Assembly: GCA_020137815.1 (NCBI GenBank)
Contig: CM035357.1
Coordinates: 7,440,001 to 7,504,000, forward strand
Direction: 5' to 3'
Origin: Hormiphora californensis
Lineage: Eukaryota > Animalia > Ctenophora
DNA length: 64,000 bases
Part shown: piece by piece, positions 37,267 to 64,000 of the stretch
Layout: each line of letters begins with the position of its first letter
Numbering within the stretch: the stretch's first letter is position 1
Program-made: the position numbers and the translations under genes
Notes under the pieces: generated by a model
The model's database searches: none
What the model was told of the DNA's origin: nothing
The model's input: only the letters and a program-made list of their open reading frames with translations

Positions 37267-39948
37267 GGAGAGAATAGAGAAGAGTGCTAAGTGTGAGATT
37301 GGAGTGAAAGAGAGGGGACGGGACAAAACAACGGGACGTAATCACTCTGATAATTGCTAGGGACTGCTGGGGGAACATTCAGAAGGGATTGTGAAGTGAA
37401 TACAGTGAATTAGTAGAGTTAGAAAGGGGAAATGAGATGCCATTGCCAGACCAAATTGACAAGAGTAACAAACGAGAAACGTATTACAAGTGGAAGGTGT
37501 AGAATGAAGTTGCTACGCAGCAGAATACCGCAGTGTGCTCCTTTATCAAACCAGGGATTGCATTTGAAGATTCAGAGCTGTTTGAGCCGCGCATTTTAAC
37601 CGGAAATGCGCGCCACATAGTGGCTGCTGGCGTTGTAACATCTCCAAAGACATGACCGATACATTTGGAGGCGTTGCCATGGGAATGAAACAGGGAGAGA
37701 ATAGAGAATAGAGAAGAGTGCTAAGTGTGAGATTGGAGTGAAAGAGAGGGGACGGGACAAAACAACGGGACGTAATCACTCTGATAATTGCTAGGGGCTG
37801 CTGGGGGAACATTCAGAAGGGATTGTGAAGTGAATACAGTGAATTAGTAGAGTTAGAAAGGGGAAATGAGATGCCATTGCCAGACCAAATTGACAAGAGT
37901 AACAAACGAGAAACGTATTACAAGTGGAAGGTGTAGAATGAAGTTGCTACGCAGCAGAATGCCGCAGTGTGCTCCTTTATCAAACCAGGGATTGCATTTG
38001 AAGATTCAGAGAAGAGTGCTAAGTGTGAGATTGGAGTGAAAGAGAGGGGACGGGACAAAACAACGGGACGTAATCACTCTGATAATTGCTAGGGACTGCT
38101 GGGGGAACATTCAGAAGGGATTGTGAAGTGAATACAGTGAATTAGTAGAGTTAGAAAGGGGAAATGAGATGCCATTGCCAGACCAAATTGACAAGAGTAA
38201 CAAACGAGAAACGTATTACAAGTGGAAGGTGTAGAATGAAGTTGCTACGCAGCAGAATACCGCAGTGTGCTCCTTTATCAAACCAGGGATTGCATTTGAA
38301 GATTCAGAGCTGTTTGAGCCGCGCATTTTAACCGGAAATGCGCGCCACATAGTGGCTGCTGGCGTTGTAACATCTCCAAAGACATGACCGATACATTTGG
38401 AGGCGTTGCCATGGGAATGAAACAGGGAGAGAATAGAGAATAGAGAAGAGTGCTAAGTGTGAGATTGGAGTGAAAGAGAGGGGACGGGACAAAACAACGG
38501 GACGTAATCACTCTGATAATTGCTAGGGGCTGCTGGGGGAACATTCAGAAGGGATTGTGAAGTGAATACAGTGAATTAGTAGAGTTAGAAAGGGGAAATG
38601 AGATGCCATTGCCAGACCAAATTGACAAGAGTAACAAACGAGAAACGTATTACAAGTGGAAGGTGTAGAATGAAGTTGCTACGCAGCAGAATGCCGCAGT
38701 GTGCTCCTTTATCAAACCAGGGATTGCATTTGAAGATTCAGAGCTGTTTGAGCCGCGCATTTTAACCGGAAATGCGCGCCACATAGTGGCTGCTGGCGTT
38801 GTAACATCTCCAAAGACATGACCGATACATTTGGAGGCGTTGCCATGGGAATGAAACAGGGAGAGAATAGAGAATAGAGAAGAGTGCTAAGTGTGAGATT
38901 GGAGTGAAAGAGAGGGGACGGGACAAAACAACGGGACGTAATCACTCTGATAATTGCTAGGGACTGCTGGGGGAACATTCAGAAGGGATTGTGAAGTGAA
39001 TACAGTGAATTAGTAGAGTTAGAAAGGGGAAATGAGATGCCATTGCCAGACCAAATTGACAAGAGTAACAAACGAGAAACGTATTACAAGTGGAAGGTGT
39101 AGAATGAAGTTGCTACGCAGCAGAATACCGCAGTGTGCTCCTTTATCAAACCAGGGATTGCATTTGAAGATTCAGAGCTGTTTGAGCCGCGCATTTTAAC
39201 CGGAAATGCGCGCCACATAGTGGCTGCTGGCGTTGTAACATCTCCAAAGACATGACCGATACATTTGGAGGCGTTGCCATGGGAATGAAATAGAGAAGAG
39301 TGCTAAGTGTGAGATTGGAGTGAAAGAGAGGGGACGGGACAAAACAACGGGACGTAATCACTCTGATAATTGCTAGGGACTGCTGGGGGAACATTCAGAA
39401 GGGATTGTGAAGTGAATACAGTGAATTAGTAGAGTTAGAAAGGGGAAATGAGATGCCATTGCCAGACCAAATTGACAAGAGTAACAAACGAGAAACGTAT
39501 TACAAGTGGAAGGTGTAGAATGAAGTTGCTACGCAGCAGAATACCGCAGTGTGCTCCTTTATCAAACCAGGGATTGCATTTGAAGATTCAGAGCTGTTTG
39601 AGCCGCGCATTTTAACCGGAAATGCGCGCCACATAGTGGCTGCTGGCGTTGTAACATCTCCAAAGACATGACCGATACATTTGGAGGCGTTGCCATGGGA
39701 ATGAAACAGGGAGAGAATAGAGAATAGAGAAGAGTGCTAAGTGTGAGATTGGAGTGAAAGAGAGGGGACGGGACAAAACAACGGGACGTAATCACTCTGA
39801 TAATTGCTAGGGGCTGCTGGGGGAACATTCAGAAGGGATTGTGAAGTGAATACAGTGAATTAGTAGAGTTAGAAAGGGGAAATGAGATGCCATTGCCAGA
39901 CCAAATTGACAAGAGTAACAAACGAGAAACGTATTACAAGTGGAAGGT
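37267..39948. repeat. ~434-bp tandem repeat, ~6 copies with internal deletions
   Basis: Repeated MFPQQ.. ORFs; preceded by a G-rich tract at 37200-37266. Confidence 0.95.
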
Positions 39949-40377
39949 CTTTCATAGTTAGTATGTAATTATAATTACCGGCTAATTATTTATAAGAGAG
40001 CTATGTAATAGGAAAGCTTGAAATCTTTCTGTGTAGTACCTATAATTACACATTATGTAATATCATTATTCCCAATCTGTCGTAGTATATTATTCTGTGT
40101 CAGACTGAGTTTATGATCTTTCCTCAAGCTTGTTGTTATTTCAAGTGAGTTTTATAACTAAATTTTATTCTTCTTGCTTGGAATAATCTCGCTTCTCCCT
40201 GTTTATTCTCTCGTATATATTTTCTAGCCTTTTCTCGAATGATCCATACCGTTTAATTCCCAGGCCTCCCTTGAGACCTCTAGAGAGAGCAGGATAATGA
40301 ACTTTTCTTTCCCTGCAGTGTTGCGTTTTCTCAATCGATTTTTCTCACTGATCCTCCCTCTCCCAACAACAATGTTA

Positions 40378-40413
<36 letters not shown>

Positions 40414-42174
40414 CTTTAGATTCCCATTGCGTGTTGAGTGATTCTTCTCATGTAGTAGTAATGGTGCTGTGACTCAGTGACACAATAATGGAATGCCGGG
40501 CCCAGCTTTACTCTTTGACAATCTATATAATGCAACGTGTAGAGGAGCAGCAGCATGTGATGCATGGTAATACCTGCACAGTTAGATCATTGTGATGTCA
40601 TATAGTGTGAGAGTAGTAGACACAATGAGTACTAGACACTACATAGTGAGTTGACGCCGTGAGTACATAACCATTATAATTTTTAGGAAATTTTGCAGAA
40701 AAACAAGTCCCTAGCTGCCAGGAGTGATATAAAAATATGGCAGAGGCGTAGAAATGGGTTAAAAGAAAGGGATGGAAATGATTTCAAAAGTGAGAGAGAA
40801 CCTGGGTCCCAGGGTCCTGGGATGGGACAATACAATTCAGAAACTCAAAGAGAGAGAGAGTGATGGTGTAATGGGGGCTGTGTGTAAGTGAGATCTATAA
40901 CTGGATGCGGCATCGGTGCTATGAGGTGCCCCTTTTCCTCTCACTCTCTCTCTCTCTCTCTATCTTCAGTCTCATGATCTGACTTGCTAGTCTGCGTCTC
41001 TGCTTATCCTACTAAGTATCGATCTATATCCTCTCGTAATATACAGTATCTCTCTCTCTCATCTCTCTACTATATCTCTCTTCTCTCACCTCTCTCTATC
41101 TCTCGATGTCTCTCTCTCTCTATATCTACTTATACTCTCTATCTATTTATATGAGTGATTTCTTCAAAAGAAAAACGCTCCACTTTCGTGGTTACCTTCT
41201 CATGAATCCATGTTAATTCGTTGCTTATGGAAAATGTTGTATAGATTAATAATTGACGTGCGGTGAGCCTTTATTGATTGCAAGAGGAATATATCGCTAG
41301 CTACAGAGATATATATGATATATAGATATAGATAGATTATATCTATGAGTCCTAGCGATCTAGAGTCGTTGATATATAAGATCATCAGATATAATAAATA
41401 TCTATATATCTAGCCGAGAGAGAGCTCCGATCTAGTAGCTTACTCATCTTCTCTCGATATCTCTCTATCTCTCATCTCTCTCTCTCTCTCTCTCTTTTCT
41501 CCTCCTTCCCTCTATCTCTCTCTATCTGTGCCCCATCATTAGCCTTTGATAACTCCGTGTGTGAGGCATGTGTGTGAGACCCCCCAGTCACTAGTCCTCA
41601 CTGTTATAGCCTATATAACATCCCTCTCAGTACATATAATGGTCTTTGTGTCATACTTCCCAGTACACATTTCCAATGTGCTTCCAATAGGCTTCTCAGA
41701 CAGCCTATTATCATCTATTATTATATCTATGATTTCGTTAATTTGTACCCATGCTATTTACTCCATAACTTAGCTCTATCGCACTGAGCACTCTCATCTA
41801 GGCCCTATTTCTTTCCAGAATTTGAGCAGGTTTGTTTTATGGTTGCAGGCAAATGTATTATATTTTATTTTATATTTTATTTTATATTTTATTTTATATT
41901 TTATTTTATATTTTATTTATTTTTATATTTTATTTTATATACAGGGTGTCTCCTAAACGATGCTGTGTGAAAGGTGTCAAACAAGGTTTTATATGTTCCA
42001 CTTTACACCACCCTTTACCGCTTCCTGGTAAACACTTTACACAACCTGGAAGGAGAGTCTTTAGAGGTTATTGCCCCTCTCTCTTTTCCTCTCTCTCTCT
42101 CCTATCCTTCTCATCTACTCTATCGCTCTCTCGCTCTGTTCCTACTATGTCTCTCTCTCTCTCTCTCTCTCTCT

Positions 42175-42217
<43 letters not shown>

Positions 42218-43502
42218 GTTCTCTCAGTCACTTTTCTTGCAGTGCATACAGTTTATGAGTCTATTTATGTGGCCTTACTAAATAGTCTCTATTACAAGAA
42301 CGTTGCACAACAATAAATTCCACTTAGTTCTTGTTGAGTTCTTAAACTCGCTCTGATACATAGAAAACTCTTTACTCTTTACTCTTAAGTAATCATAAGT
42401 AATCCTTCTCTGTCTTCCCACCCCTGGTGGCCCCTCTTTTCGCGAGCTCCGTATGTAAAGGAGGGTAAGAACATAACAAGGTGGCCCCTTGTTATGTTCA
42501 AACCCTTTTACTCGAGGGTCGATTATCGAACAAGCTGTAAGTGACCCCTTCATGTGTTGTGTGAGGCTCAAAATAATATTTTTGATGCTCCCTGGCCCTG
42601 TTGATTGAGGTTCCGAAAAACAGTTTTGATGTCCCTGTAATTGTGGTGTGATGATTTGGGTTACCCAATGATACATAATGTATCATCACGGAATATAACT
42701 CACAAAACCTTGTCTACATCAGTCAGCCAAGGCGATAATCAGTACTTTGTGTGTTTATACTGTTAGGACCTGTCTGCGATAATCATCTTAACTCAAAGGA
42801 TGAGAGAGAGCTGGGAGAGAGAGGGAGAGAGGGAGAGAAAGCTAGTAGAGAGACGGAGATTATGGCCACGGGGGAGATCAATGATAGCTCTTACTGCATG
42901 GCTCATGTTTCAATACACTCTCTCTCTTGCGACACACCCTGCGGCGCGACCTCTAGATTGTGTTTGTATGCTAATTAACAAATCAGCTAGTACGGAGTGA
43001 CAATTGCCATCTGTGTCTCTCATGTGTGGCTATATAATATGTGTTGTTGGTATGTGAGAGTTGTTGATGGATTCAGACTTCAGTTCTGACATTTTATCCT
43101 TCTTCCTTTAGTAGGATGCTAGATAGTTTGAGACACTATTGAGTCAGGGATGGCTCAGCCTTTTCTCGCGGGGAGGTTAGGATTTAGGAAGCCCCATATC
43201 CTTGGCTTAAACCCAATAAACTCAAAATCCCTTCTCTTCTCAAACAGTTCCTCATATACTTTAAAACCCTCCCTTCTCCTCTGTTAAAATTCTTATCGCC
43301 CCAGCTACACTCTCCCTCCCAATATTCACTGTTAAACTACCTCTCTCCCTCTCCCGACTCCCCATATTCACTACATGTGTCTCCCACCAGCTCTAGCCCC
43401 TTCCCTGTTCCCATATTATCAGCTCATCTACACACTACTAACATGTCTCCCACCTAGCAATGAAATGAATGGGTTAGTTGCCTTTACCGATTCCCCCTAC
43501 AG

Positions 43503-64000
<20,498 letters not shown>

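Overview
Repeat-rich animal genomic DNA with GT-AG introns; the gene style and repeat landscape suggest a ctenophore-like invertebrate (inference only). Genes built by hand: (1) a complete 16-exon Sec23/Sec24-family gene on the - strand (21767->178, ~752 aa) resembling the plant SEC23D/'Sec24III' type. Its 14.5-kb third intron holds an intronless Golgi sulfotransferase-like gene, an intronless LDLa-repeat GPCR and an orphan ORF fragment, all inside a ~13.4-kb block flanked by a ~350-bp direct repeat of host intron. (2) A 5'-truncated CRE-type non-LTR retrotransposon. (3) A class I sirtuin with a duplicated first coding exon and ~29 tandem copies of one splice acceptor plus exon start. (4) A 7-exon coiled-coil gene. 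(5) A probable large + strand gene (43.5 kb to the window end) with a ~10.5-kb intron hosting a second LDLa-GPCR plus class C GPCR and atlastin-like fragments. There are many MITEs (hAT, Tc1/pogo, PIF/Harbinger, Helentron-like), satellites and microsatellites. Two patterns stand out: three independent minisatellites whose unit is an exon edge plus its splice site, and two nested insertions that end in simple-repeat tails and are flanked by 260-350-bp direct repeats. Sequence quality falls after ~41 kb (frameshifts; a homopolymer-corrupted block at ~58-60.4 kb).
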